Of a stretch of 64,000 nt of DNA, positions 8,909-18,652 are shown piece by piece. The stretch is from Candidatus Altimarinota bacterium (GTDB lineage Bacteria > Patescibacteriota > Gracilibacteria > UBA1369). Location: assembly GCA_963677745.1 (NCBI GenBank), contig OY782391.1, positions 544,001 through 608,000 on the forward strand, in the 5' to 3' direction. Positions within the stretch are counted from its first letter, which is position 1; each line of letters begins with the position of its first letter. The notes beneath the pieces were generated by a model. It did no database searches and was not told the DNA's origin. It saw only the letters and a list, made by a program, of their open reading frames with translations. The translations under genes and the position numbers were made by a program.

Positions 8909-11900
8909 ATGCAAACTTCCCAAAAAATTTCAAAGCTTCAGCATATACATACCATTTTTTATAAACATAAATTTATAGGAATTGGCATTGTGATGGCTGT
9001 ATTAGCTACGACCTATGCCATCAGCTGGGCCTCAATAAGTACAGATTTCGTTGATAATGTAGCGCCTGTTACCGTTGTAGGTCCAAACGCCACCGATGTC
9101 CTGGTCATGGACCTCACAATACCGGATGCCTGGAATGGGGGAGCCTTCTCCTCCGATATCCTCTTACAGTCCGGCAGCAGCGCTTTCTGGCAGGGACAAA
9201 CTTTGAACAATATTCCTGATGCCGGCGTGGGTAATATCGGTGGTGTCGGGTTCGTAAATGTTGCTCCTCCCGGTTTTCAGGGTGGAGGTACGGAAGCAGT
9301 GATCATAGATCTGGATGGTGACAAAAACTATACTTCCGCGGCTGATGTGGCAATTGATTGCGACGGTACGGCCACAAATGGTGCTGATGTACCAGCTTCT
9401 TGCGCTGTCCATAATGCCGGTGATACTCTGATTCCCATGGGAGTTAATAGACTGGATATGGATAATAATGGCACGAGAGACGGCCAGCCTCTTTGCACTG
9501 ATAATCTAATTACGCCTGTAGAATTGGCTGTGGATGACGATGGAGATTGCAGTAATGGTGCCGGAGGAGTTGTGCTCTTGGGAACAACACCTGCTTCCGC
9601 CGTTATTACCATTACCAATGCAGTACCAGCGAATAATGCCTGGGCCTATGCCGACGAGGATGGCGATGGTTGGCTGGACAACGGTGAAGATTTATTTATT
9701 GAAAGTTTTGCCAACTCCAAGACATATTCTGCCGGACCGGATACTGATGTCTATAGTATCGGAGGACTGGCGGCAGGTGCTAATTTGCGTACTTTTGACG
9801 CGCTTGATTGTGATGGAGCCGGCGGACCCGGGACTCAGCCCTGTAAATTTACCGGTACCGCACCTATTGACGCCGCAGACAGTATAGTAGTTGATGAGGG
9901 AACTGCCGCCGGTGCCGCACCCAATAGCATTGTTGATAAGCAGGATGACCAACTGATCGGCATTGGTATTGTAAACAATAGAACAGCTGTAGATATAACA
10001 GACATCTCAGCTGTAAAAATATGGGCTGATGCCGGGGCGGCTGGTTTCGATGGTGCCGGTACTGATACATTACTGGGAACAATGACGGTCCATTCAACTG
10101 ACAATCAAAAATGGAATATCGGTGGACTAACTCAGGCAATTCCTGCCGGAGGGCAGAGAGTCTTTATCACGGTCGATATTAGTGCTGCTCCGACAGACGG
10201 AAGTTCAGTAAGATTCAGAATTCCCGTCTACAATGATGCCGGAGGTGATGGCGTTGTGGCCGCTAACAATGACAAGGGTGTATTTATGGCCTCGAATAAT
10301 GATGGCCCCACAGACGATGGCATCCTCAATGCAACCATTCAAACCATTGACGCCATGGCCCCGGTTTTGACGGAAACAACACCCGTCAGCACACCAACCA
10401 ATGACAATACCCCCGACTATACATTCAATACCGATGAGGACGGTACAATAACCTATGGAGGTGACTGTACCAGCACCACGGCCTTGGCCATAGCAGGAGA
10501 CAACACCATTACTTTCGATACTGTACTGACTGATGGTTTGCACAATAACTGCACCGTTACGGTCACCGATACCGCTTTGAACTCCAGTCTGCCTCTCAGC
10601 GTCAGCGCGTTTACAATAGATACGAGTGGACCCCCGGTTTTAGCGGAAGTTACCCCCCTTCCTTCTCCCACCAATGACAGCACACCCGATTACACCTTCA
10701 GTACAACCAAGGATGGCACAATTACCTACGGTGGAGATTGTTCCAGCGCAACCGCGGCAGCCACAGCCGGGAATAATACCGTGACATTTAATGCCCTGGC
10801 GGAGGGAATACATAATAATTGTACGATTATAGTGACTGACGCTTTACTAAACGCCAGCCTTGCCTTAAACGTAAATGCTTTCTCAGTTGATACCGTGGCT
10901 CCTGCCGCAATTACCGATTTGGCTTCGTCAGCGCAAACCAATACTTCGATCTCCCTTAGTTGGACGGCTCCCGGCGACAATAACAACGTCGGTACAGCCA
11001 CCAGTTATGATTTGCGCTATGCCCAATCCCCAATTAATGCCGGAAACTTCGCTGCTGCAACAGCTGCCGTCGGTGAACCACTGCCACAAGTTGCTGGTAC
11101 GACCGAAACCTATACTATCACAGGCTTAACCGATGATACATTATATTACTTCGCAATTATTACTGCTGATTCGGCCGGTAATCTGTCTCTGATTTCCAAT
11201 CTACCCAGCGTTTCCACACCAGCCACTCCACAAATTACGGGTGCGGGGAATGTAAACGGTATTGGAGCTGGAGCATGTATGGGTTCCTTGTGCATTAAAA
11301 AGGACTCTTTAAAGAGCATCATAGGGCAAAGCGAATCTGGCAAGGCAGAACCGACAATTTTGCCGGCATATTTCTGTGAAAGATCCCAGACAACAGAGGT
11401 GACTTTCAAAGACACAGAAAACGACCCCAACAGACTGTTTATTGAAGATCTGTACAGAAAATGTATTCTGAATGGCCGCAACAACGAAAGCTTTGATCCC
11501 GAAGGACTGGTTAGCAGATCAGAATTCCTGGCGGCTGTGTTGAGAAAGTTCGATCTGAGCATGTCTGAATATCAGAACAGTTATGCCGATGTACAATCTG
11601 CAGACTGGTTCAGCGGCTATGTAGCCACGGCCTTAAATGAGGGACTAATCAACCCCGGAACTAATTTTGCCCCTCAAAACCCGGTTAAGCGCGTAGAAGC
11701 ATTGAAGATAGTAATTTTGGCCTTGCGCATAAATGATGTAGGTGATTTTAATGCCAGCTTCATAGATACGTCTTCACAAGACTGGTTCTATCATTATGTT
11801 GCCTATGCCCAAGTCAAGAAACTCTTGGATATAAAGGAAATCCAGGCTGGCAAGGTCGGTCTGGTCGGCAGATTCTATTCTTTTGACAAGGATCTGCGCC

Positions 11901-12181
11901 AAAGTGACAATAATCTCGATGTCAAATACCTCAAAAAAGTACTAAAACAAATGGGTCTGTTCATTGGGGATATTAATACTTACTATGACCACGAGCTGGC
12001 TCAGGCTGTATTGAATTTTCAGTCTTCACGAGGGCTGAAAGTATCGGGGAATTTTGACTTCCAGACAAGAACAAAGCTTCTGGCAGAGGATTTATCACCA
12101 CGTACAATGCGCTACTTCATGCCTGATAAATATTTGACCAGATCGGAAATGGCAGCCTTGCTGGTAATGATAGACCGCTAA
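8909..12181 (+). CDS. Large surface protein: Asp/Gly-rich region, two Ig-like repeats, FN3, SLH repeats, peptidoglycan-binding domain
   Basis: N-terminal TM/signal; duplicated TPxxxPTNDxTPDYTF repeat; FN3 (SISLSWTAPGD..YDLRY..LYYFAI); SLH (FKD, FDPEGLVSRSEF, YADVQSADWF); PG-binding (AVLNFQSSRGLKVSG). Confidence 0.85.
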   Translation: MQTSQKISKLQHIHTIFYKHKFIGIGIVMAVLATTYAISWASISTDFVDNVAPVTVVGPNATDVLVMDLTIPDAWNGGAFSSDILLQSGSSAFWQGQTLNNIPDAGVGNIGGVGFVNVAPPGFQGGGTEAVIIDLDGDKNYTSAADVAIDCDGTATNGADVPASCAVHNAGDTLIPMGVNRLDMDNNGTRDGQPLCTDNLITPVELAVDDDGDCSNGAGGVVLLGTTPASAVITITNAVPANNAWAYADEDGDGWLDNGEDLFIESFANSKTYSAGPDTDVYSIGGLAAGANLRTFDALDCDGAGGPGTQPCKFTGTAPIDAADSIVVDEGTAAGAAPNSIVDKQDDQLIGIGIVNNRTAVDITDISAVKIWADAGAAGFDGAGTDTLLGTMTVHSTDNQKWNIGGLTQAIPAGGQRVFITVDISAAPTDGSSVRFRIPVYNDAGGDGVVAANNDKGVFMASNNDGPTDDGILNATIQTIDAMAPVLTETTPVSTPTNDNTPDYTFNTDEDGTITYGGDCTSTTALAIAGDNTITFDTVLTDGLHNNCTVTVTDTALNSSLPLSVSAFTIDTSGPPVLAEVTPLPSPTNDSTPDYTFSTTKDGTITYGGDCSSATAAATAGNNTVTFNALAEGIHNNCTIIVTDALLNASLALNVNAFSVDTVAPAAITDLASSAQTNTSISLSWTAPGDNNNVGTATSYDLRYAQSPINAGNFAAATAAVGEPLPQVAGTTETYTITGLTDDTLYYFAIITADSAGNLSLISNLPSVSTPATPQITGAGNVNGIGAGACMGSLCIKKDSLKSIIGQSESGKAEPTILPAYFCERSQTTEVTFKDTENDPNRLFIEDLYRKCILNGRNNESFDPEGLVSRSEFLAAVLRKFDLSMSEYQNSYADVQSADWFSGYVATALNEGLINPGTNFAPQNPVKRVEALKIVILALRINDVGDFNASFIDTSSQDWFYHYVAYAQVKKLLDIKEIQAGKVGLVGRFYSFDKDLRQSDNNLDVKYLKKVLKQMGLFIGDINTYYDHELAQAVLNFQSSRGLKVSGNFDFQTRTKLLAEDLSPRTMRYFMPDKYLTRSEMAALLVMIDR

Positions 12182-12268
12182 AAACAAAGAAACTGGACAA
12201 AACATCTCACCAAAGCCATTTTACTCGCCACACCGCCCCGTTTGACAAATTCCACATAAAACGGTTTA

Positions 12269-13498
12269 ATGTGCCCTATGTTTGAAGGGGCATCACAACC
12301 AGAAATAAGAGAACGGTTAGACGATTTCTCCCGCTTCCTGGAAATTAGCGAAATTTTCCAGGATTCCCAGGATGTAGGAAACACCTGCCGGAATACTTGG
12401 GAAAACGTTCAGACCTCAATTGCCACAAAATGGGAAATACCCGCCGTTTCAACCTGCCCGGAAATCCAGATTGATCCTTCCATTGAGGAATTATTCCCAC
12501 CCGAGTTTTATTTGGATCCACAGTCCTGGCTGAAAAAACAACCTGACCTGTTGAGAAAAGAAGCCATGAAGATCCCCTGTTCCCCTTCTGAATATGATTT
12601 TTCCAGAGTGAAATTATTATCTCTGAAAAACACCGCCGGTCAGGAAATCAAATTAGTTTGCAAAAAATTAAAAGGTACCGCCGCCCAGGAAATAGCCAGA
12701 GCACAAAGGGCATACGCAGCAGGTATTCCCACCCCCCGGATTCTGGGACAAATGGTTTTGCCGGATTCCTCTACCTACATTCTGATGGAATATATTGCCG
12801 GACTGGACCTGCACGAAATAAATCAGAGTAGAATATGTAAATTAACTGGCAAAATAATAAACCTCACTACCTATGACAACGTCAAAGATCTGAAAAAACA
12901 CGGGAATCTGGGAATAGTCTTCAGCAGATATCCCCAATTATACAAAATTTGGCGACAAAACCGTCACCTGTTCTCCGCTTTTACGCTGGCCAGTCAACTT
13001 TCAGCAATACGCCACAGCAATGGAACAAATCAAGAAGCACTTAAAACAGCCCTCAGGAAAAAATACCGGAAGTTCAATAAATATTATTCCCAAATCCCCC
13101 CGCTGCTTGGATTCCAGGATATCGATACCGCTTTAGCAGCTTCAGAACGGGAAAGCAAAGCTGTTTTAGCAGCCATACGACGAGGGGCAAAACCAACCAG
13201 ATCAGATTTTCAATACACCCACCTTTTATGTACTCATATTCTCAGGCTGAATCAGCAGGTAAAAGACTTCATTGCAGAGGCAAAAGTCCTTATTTACCAG
13301 ACAGAACTTGGCTTCGATCCCGATATCGAAATTGAAAAACTCCGTCAGCTATGTTTAGCAAAAGGGATAGAGCATAAAGACCTGAACTGGCGTAACATTT
13401 TGGTGGAATGGGACTTTGAAAACGACCGCCCCCTGAGCCAAAACGGCCAATTACCAAAGCTATATATCATTGACTGGGAAATCGAGGATAATTCCTGA
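12269..13498 (+). CDS. Protein-kinase-like fold protein (Kdo/WaaP/RIO-type) with long insertion
   Basis: LVCKK, E helix, GIPTPRIL, ILMEYIAG hinge, HKDLNWRNIL catalytic loop, IIDWE. Confidence 0.75.
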   Translation: MCPMFEGASQPEIRERLDDFSRFLEISEIFQDSQDVGNTCRNTWENVQTSIATKWEIPAVSTCPEIQIDPSIEELFPPEFYLDPQSWLKKQPDLLRKEAMKIPCSPSEYDFSRVKLLSLKNTAGQEIKLVCKKLKGTAAQEIARAQRAYAAGIPTPRILGQMVLPDSSTYILMEYIAGLDLHEINQSRICKLTGKIINLTTYDNVKDLKKHGNLGIVFSRYPQLYKIWRQNRHLFSAFTLASQLSAIRHSNGTNQEALKTALRKKYRKFNKYYSQIPPLLGFQDIDTALAASERESKAVLAAIRRGAKPTRSDFQYTHLLCTHILRLNQQVKDFIAEAKVLIYQTELGFDPDIEIEKLRQLCLAKGIEHKDLNWRNILVEWDFENDRPLSQNGQLPKLYIIDWEIEDNS

Positions 13499-13529
13499 CT
13501 TCATTTCGAACATCACCCCAGATGGAGCT
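13497..13529 (+). repeat. 33-bp degenerate direct repeat, copy B
   Basis: GACTTCATTTCGAACATCACCCCAGATGGAGCT; overlaps the kinase stop codon. Confidence 0.8.
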
Positions 13530-13566
13530 GCCTATACGATTTATCGGCTAATCTCACCAGATTATT

Positions 13567-13596
13567 AAAAAGGTCCGCCGAAGCAGACCCTTTTTT
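13567..13596. terminator. Bidirectional intrinsic terminator
   Basis: Minus strand GGTCTGC-TTCG-GCGGACC followed by T5; T6 follows on the plus strand; lies between convergent genes. Confidence 0.8.
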
Positions 13597-13611
13597 CAAC
13601 AGTCTTCGGTT

Positions 13612-16600
13612 CTATTTTTCCATAAGCCTCAGCGTCAAATCCACCACCTTCGCGCATTGTGCACGGGTTATTGGATCGGCGGGACCAAATCTGCCATCGG
13701 AATACCCCGCAACCACACCTTTTGTCTTGGCAAATCCGACATATCGGGCATACCAGGCATCGGATACAACATCCTTGAATTTCTCTAAAGATGTCGCAGA
13801 AGTAGACACCTCCATCTTGGAAGCCGTCAAAACAATTTTCAAGGCCTCGGCACGTGACACGCTCTGAGATGGCTTGAAAGAACCGTCAGTATATCCGGTA
13901 ACAATTCCGGCATCCTTAGCAGCCTGAATATATTTAGCCACAGAGGAAGACTTAGGCACGTCACTGAAAGGTGCATCAGTCAAAGCAGATTTCGATAATG
14001 GCAATTTAAACGCCTTCACCACCATTACCACCAAATCACCACGGGTCATATTTCTATCAGGTGCAAACAGAGTTTTAGTCCAACCTTGGGCAGCTCCCAA
14101 TTTATAAAGTTCACTGACATATTGTTCGGACCAATGCCCTTTTACATCCTTGAAAGGCATTTCCTTTTCCTCTGAAACCACCACCTTCTCTACTTCCGTA
14201 CTTTGCATCCTGCCTCCCACCTGTAAACAGGCTTCTCCTGAACATGCCGGACGGCCAAAAGCAGCCGATCCACCTCCACCACCACCCACAGCTGCGCTGC
14301 CGGCAGGACTAAAGGCAACAAAAGACGTAAAATGTTTTGTCCAGATTATCATATCTCCACCCACAGTAATTTTACAGTCACCATCTGCGGCAAGTGCGTC
14401 ACCAGCCACCTGGCTGTCAGCAGAACAGACAGAAGTAATCTCCGTAAAGACTCCGCCTCTGGTGTATCCAACGGACCTGCCGGCTTGTCCGGCCAGTCTG
14501 ATCCTGACACCTTTATCAAAAGACAATTTAATATCATCAAAACCCAGCTCAATAACTGAAGAAACCGTACCATCAACCGTAACCGAACTATTGGGTTTAA
14601 CAGTCGGCGCATGAATAATACCCGTCCACCCTGCTTCACCTGTAACAGTCGTACCCGCAGGGATGTTGACGTCAACATCACCCGCTGAAGTGGAAGAATT
14701 AATTTCAATTTGAGGAATTAATCCGGATGTGCCGGTCAATAAAGAACTAACATCCAACCCGGCACCGTTTACATCTTCAGGTACCTCCAATATCACCGGG
14801 TCCAAAGTTTCCAGAGGTATTTCATTTTCTTCGGTATTCACGGCAAAGGTCGTGCGCTTGTCATCAACATAGTATGGCCAATAATCAACATTGCTGCTAA
14901 TGGAATCACCGTCTCCATTCGGATTTAATTCCTCATTATAAGGACCATTCGCGGCACCCCAATAGTTTCTGGTCGCGTCAAAAGTATCCGGTTCTTCGTC
15001 AATCATCCGGCGCTCACCGCTGGAATAATACACCCCCTCTTCATTGGAAGAAATGGTGTTGTTATGAACCGTAATCCCATCGGCTGAATTGGTATAGATA
15101 CCTGTGTCAAAACAATCCCCTCCATTATTGGTAATGTCATTGCCGGTAATATCCACGCCGGACACTCCATAACTGATATATATTCCGTCGCAGTAATTGG
15201 AATCGATGGTGTTGGAGTCAATGCTGGCTGGAACCTCTCCGGCATAAACCTCCTCGCTGAAATCAATTCCATATCCATTTTCATAGATATGATTGTTTTG
15301 GATCAGATTTCCATCGATAACTCCATATCCTATCCCTTCGGGGTCGAATTCACTACCGCCATACTTGAACAGAACACCGTTATTGTTATCGTAAATCTCA
15401 TTACCGGTTACCGTATTGTCCATGGCCCCACCAAAAGTAATACCGGTATAGTTGTCGTAGATAATGTTATTGCTGATGGTATTTTCATAGGCATAGGGAG
15501 ACAGGCCGACACCGGTATAATTGCCGGTTAATTCATTGTCGGAAATAGTAACTCCACTAACCTCAGGACCAATACGAACATTGGGATAGCTGCAGTCGCC
15601 GTCCACCAAAAATCCTTTAAAAGTAACATCGTCTGAATTAATGGCCACCACTTTATCACAAGCCCCATAAAGCTGCGGGGCATTGGGACCGGGACCCGCG
15701 GTTTGACCGGGCAGTTTTGAGACATCACCCTGTAAAGTCATGGGACTTCTGATACTAATTGGAGATTCAAGATTATATTCACCACCTGCCACATAAACAG
15801 TTCCATTTTCAGCCACTCTGCCGACGCCTGAAGCAATATCACTGAAAGCATCATAACCCCATTCATGCCCACCGGCATCATTGGCGCCGGTCCAATCCAG
15901 ATCTACATAAACCTCATCCGGAGGATTCTGACCATCCAAAACAGGCTGATTATCCAGGGTTGCCAGGTCATTGCCCGACAAATCTTCCACTGAAGCAGGT
16001 ACCGGAGCATTAATGTCTATGGTCGCCGTGCTTCCGGCAGAAACCCCTTCACCGTCAAAAGTCAGGGTAATCAAATCCGTCTCGCCGCCGCTATAACCTA
16101 TAACATTTCGTGGATCCATTTCATCGTTTACCCATAAATCCGAATAATCTTCGGTACTGGTAGTTACCGGTTCGGAAAAAGCCAGTTTAATGGTATTGGG
16201 ACCTATAATTCTGGCCCATAAAAGTGTAGGCGGGATATTATCCACATCAAACTCGCTGAAACCGGTCGTGTTGAAAGTCAGAACTCCGTCCCCATCGCCT
16301 GGGGTCCAATTGAAATTGTTCAAACTATCGCCTCCAACCAGAAAACTGTCTCCTTCACCGGCATTGGCGCTAACGTAACCAAGCACATCACCATTATTGT
16401 CTTTGACAACCAGACCGGGCTGAGTACCAGTATTTACATGCATCAAAACCTCTGCTCCCCCGTCAAGAGTTGAAAGAGCATCGCTGTTAAGACGGATCAC
16501 ATCACCGCTGACTGTCATATTCGCACCAAGATTGATCAGACCGTTAATTGTATCCATATCCGTCAGATTCATCGGAGCATAAACATCCGGCTCTATCACC

Positions 16601-17898
16601 GATCCATAGAGAGTAATTCTGCCGGCCTCGGTTGCTTCCACCTGAGCGGAAAAAACCAGCGGAGCAGCATCGGTAAAGTCAGCAATGGTTGACCAGTCGG
16701 TGGTATTTTCATTATTCAATCGCTCATCCAGATTACGGGGATTAATTCCAAATACCGCATTGAAAGTCTGATAATCAGCCCCGCTGACGGCAAATTCACC
16801 GCCGGCATCCACGAGATAGAGATTCATCACATATGCGCCTTGTCCTTCCGGGAACATCTCGCCGATCGGAATAACAAATTCATATTTATTGCTACCTAAA
16901 TCATTGGTGTAATTGACATAATTGGAACCTGCTTCCCCCATGAATTCTTCCGGCGAACACATGTTCATCTGTGTACCGGAAGTCAGGGATTTAATACAGG
17001 CTCTGGCTGCATACAGTGGTTCATCGGCTTCCAGCACAAACCTGATGCTTTGATCGGCACTGTAATAATACCAGATATTGGGATATTTGGGCTCATCCCA
17101 ACCCAGAGCGGCAGGATTGTTTCCGTCTTGTTTTTCTGCATAAACATGCGTAATACCCGGAGCAGTACCATCGGATACAAACACCGAGTTTGATTCGGGA
17201 AAAGCCGGATTACCGGCCAGATCGGTCAAACTGGAACCAATTTGCATGGTTCCGCCATAAACCAGATTGTCCCCGTCAAAATATAATTGAGGATTGGTTG
17301 AAAGATTATTTCCCCAGTCTTCAATAGTGTGTCCTGCCAGACCGCCCGTAAAACTGGAATAATCGGCGGGAGTAGTATTGACGGCTTCCGACCAGGTCAG
17401 ATCAACCTCATGAGTATCAGGAATCAAAGTAGCCGATATAAAAGTAGGCGCAACGGTATCAACCTGGGCATTGGAACTATCCATTCCTGGATTACAACCC
17501 GTCTCGGTACAAGCAGTCACCGCAACGTTTAAATTAGTTGCTTCTATGGCCCCGGACAAAGGATAGGTAGCCTGCCAGATCCCGCCGCCCGTATCTTCAG
17601 CGGCAACGAGGCCACCTCCAAAAGCGGAATAATTAACGGTCACACTGGTCACTCCGGAGATATTGTTGCCATCTGGTGCAGAATTATCCCAGGTCGCCAC
17701 CACGCTATCACCGATAATGAAAATCCCATCGCTGCCGCTGCCGGCATTAATGGAAATATAAGCGTCCTCGGGAGCACCGGGTGGCATCGGGAAAGCGTGT
17801 GTTAGCCCCGTCCCGGCAATCATCAAAATCAGCCCGGTAAGTACGGAAAGCACCCGTACGGCTTTATTACGGGCCAATCTAAAATTTAGTATATCCAT
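13612..17898 (-). CDS. Large SLH-anchored surface protein with Ig-like domains and right-handed beta-helix (NosD/pectin-lyase-like)
   Basis: Signal peptide; repeated NxIxxNxxGI beta-helix motifs ending DATRNYWG; three C-terminal SLH repeats (FKDVKGHW, GYTDGSFKP..SRAEA, GYSDGRFGP..TRAQ). Confidence 0.9.
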   Translation of the reverse strand: MDILNFRLARNKAVRVLSVLTGLILMIAGTGLTHAFPMPPGAPEDAYISINAGSGSDGIFIIGDSVVATWDNSAPDGNNISGVTSVTVNYSAFGGGLVAAEDTGGGIWQATYPLSGAIEATNLNVAVTACTETGCNPGMDSSNAQVDTVAPTFISATLIPDTHEVDLTWSEAVNTTPADYSSFTGGLAGHTIEDWGNNLSTNPQLYFDGDNLVYGGTMQIGSSLTDLAGNPAFPESNSVFVSDGTAPGITHVYAEKQDGNNPAALGWDEPKYPNIWYYYSADQSIRFVLEADEPLYAARACIKSLTSGTQMNMCSPEEFMGEAGSNYVNYTNDLGSNKYEFVIPIGEMFPEGQGAYVMNLYLVDAGGEFAVSGADYQTFNAVFGINPRNLDERLNNENTTDWSTIADFTDAAPLVFSAQVEATEAGRITLYGSVIEPDVYAPMNLTDMDTINGLINLGANMTVSGDVIRLNSDALSTLDGGAEVLMHVNTGTQPGLVVKDNNGDVLGYVSANAGEGDSFLVGGDSLNNFNWTPGDGDGVLTFNTTGFSEFDVDNIPPTLLWARIIGPNTIKLAFSEPVTTSTEDYSDLWVNDEMDPRNVIGYSGGETDLITLTFDGEGVSAGSTATIDINAPVPASVEDLSGNDLATLDNQPVLDGQNPPDEVYVDLDWTGANDAGGHEWGYDAFSDIASGVGRVAENGTVYVAGGEYNLESPISIRSPMTLQGDVSKLPGQTAGPGPNAPQLYGACDKVVAINSDDVTFKGFLVDGDCSYPNVRIGPEVSGVTISDNELTGNYTGVGLSPYAYENTISNNIIYDNYTGITFGGAMDNTVTGNEIYDNNNGVLFKYGGSEFDPEGIGYGVIDGNLIQNNHIYENGYGIDFSEEVYAGEVPASIDSNTIDSNYCDGIYISYGVSGVDITGNDITNNGGDCFDTGIYTNSADGITVHNNTISSNEEGVYYSSGERRMIDEEPDTFDATRNYWGAANGPYNEELNPNGDGDSISSNVDYWPYYVDDKRTTFAVNTEENEIPLETLDPVILEVPEDVNGAGLDVSSLLTGTSGLIPQIEINSSTSAGDVDVNIPAGTTVTGEAGWTGIIHAPTVKPNSSVTVDGTVSSVIELGFDDIKLSFDKGVRIRLAGQAGRSVGYTRGGVFTEITSVCSADSQVAGDALAADGDCKITVGGDMIIWTKHFTSFVAFSPAGSAAVGGGGGGSAAFGRPACSGEACLQVGGRMQSTEVEKVVVSEEKEMPFKDVKGHWSEQYVSELYKLGAAQGWTKTLFAPDRNMTRGDLVVMVVKAFKLPLSKSALTDAPFSDVPKSSSVAKYIQAAKDAGIVTGYTDGSFKPSQSVSRAEALKIVLTASKMEVSTSATSLEKFKDVVSDAWYARYVGFAKTKGVVAGYSDGRFGPADPITRAQCAKVVDLTLRLMEK

Positions 17899-18082
17899 CT
17901 TTTTGTTTTTTAAAATTATATGTTAAAACATTCTTATTATTATACCATAATTACAGCACCAGTCAATATGCCTCTGTTTAACATTATAAAAACCAGTCTT
18001 ATCATTGTCAGACCATCTTCTCGTACCTCTGGCCAAATGGAACCGTGTTGACACGTAGCAAGAAATATGTTAGGTTAACAAC

Positions 18083-18652
18083 ATGGAAAACCTGCAACTA
18101 CAACCCGATCAGGTGCTTAGCACCCACGATTTTCCCGTCTACAACGAACACATTTTAAAAATGTACTTCAGAATGGCTAAACACGCTCCGGAGCTTGTTC
18201 CACCAACTCCCGTCATCCACGTTTCATCCGGACTCCCCCTGCTGCCGGATAGTCACGAGCATTCGCAACAACACAACCAGGCGCTTACGGCATATTTAAA
18301 TAAACATCCCGATGTTGAATACATTATGCTCGACGGCAGCCACAAAACCACTGCTCTGGCTTTAACGCATAATCCGATCGATGCACTGATTATCAGGACC
18401 AACGAAGACATCAGACAAATGTTCGCAATGGTGGAAAAAGGAGAATTATTTGGCTTCAACAATCCTGACACCTTTCCTCAAACACTTTTGGATATTGCCA
18501 CGCACCTCTCCAAATCAACCGATTTTCAGACTATCAGTTCCAAAACACGCCGCATGATTGCAGCAAAAGTCATTCCCCGGTACATGATCAATCATTACCA
18601 GTCTGATTCTCTCCGGTACAGATACATCCCCTCTCTTTCAGTAAAACCATGA
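18083..18652 (+). CDS. ParB/sulfiredoxin-like domain protein
   Basis: VPPTPV...YIMLDGSHKTTAL resembles the ParB/Srx DGxHR motif (Lys for Arg). Confidence 0.55.
   Translation: MENLQLQPDQVLSTHDFPVYNEHILKMYFRMAKHAPELVPPTPVIHVSSGLPLLPDSHEHSQQHNQALTAYLNKHPDVEYIMLDGSHKTTALALTHNPIDALIIRTNEDIRQMFAMVEKGELFGFNNPDTFPQTLLDIATHLSKSTDFQTISSKTRRMIAAKVIPRYMINHYQSDSLRYRYIPSLSVKP

Noticed and set aside
10350-10900. Internal DNA repeat as a possible DGR TR/VR pair or CRISPR
   Set aside because: It is an in-frame tandem Ig-like domain duplication; differences are not adenine-specific; no RT, cas gene or spacer pattern in the window
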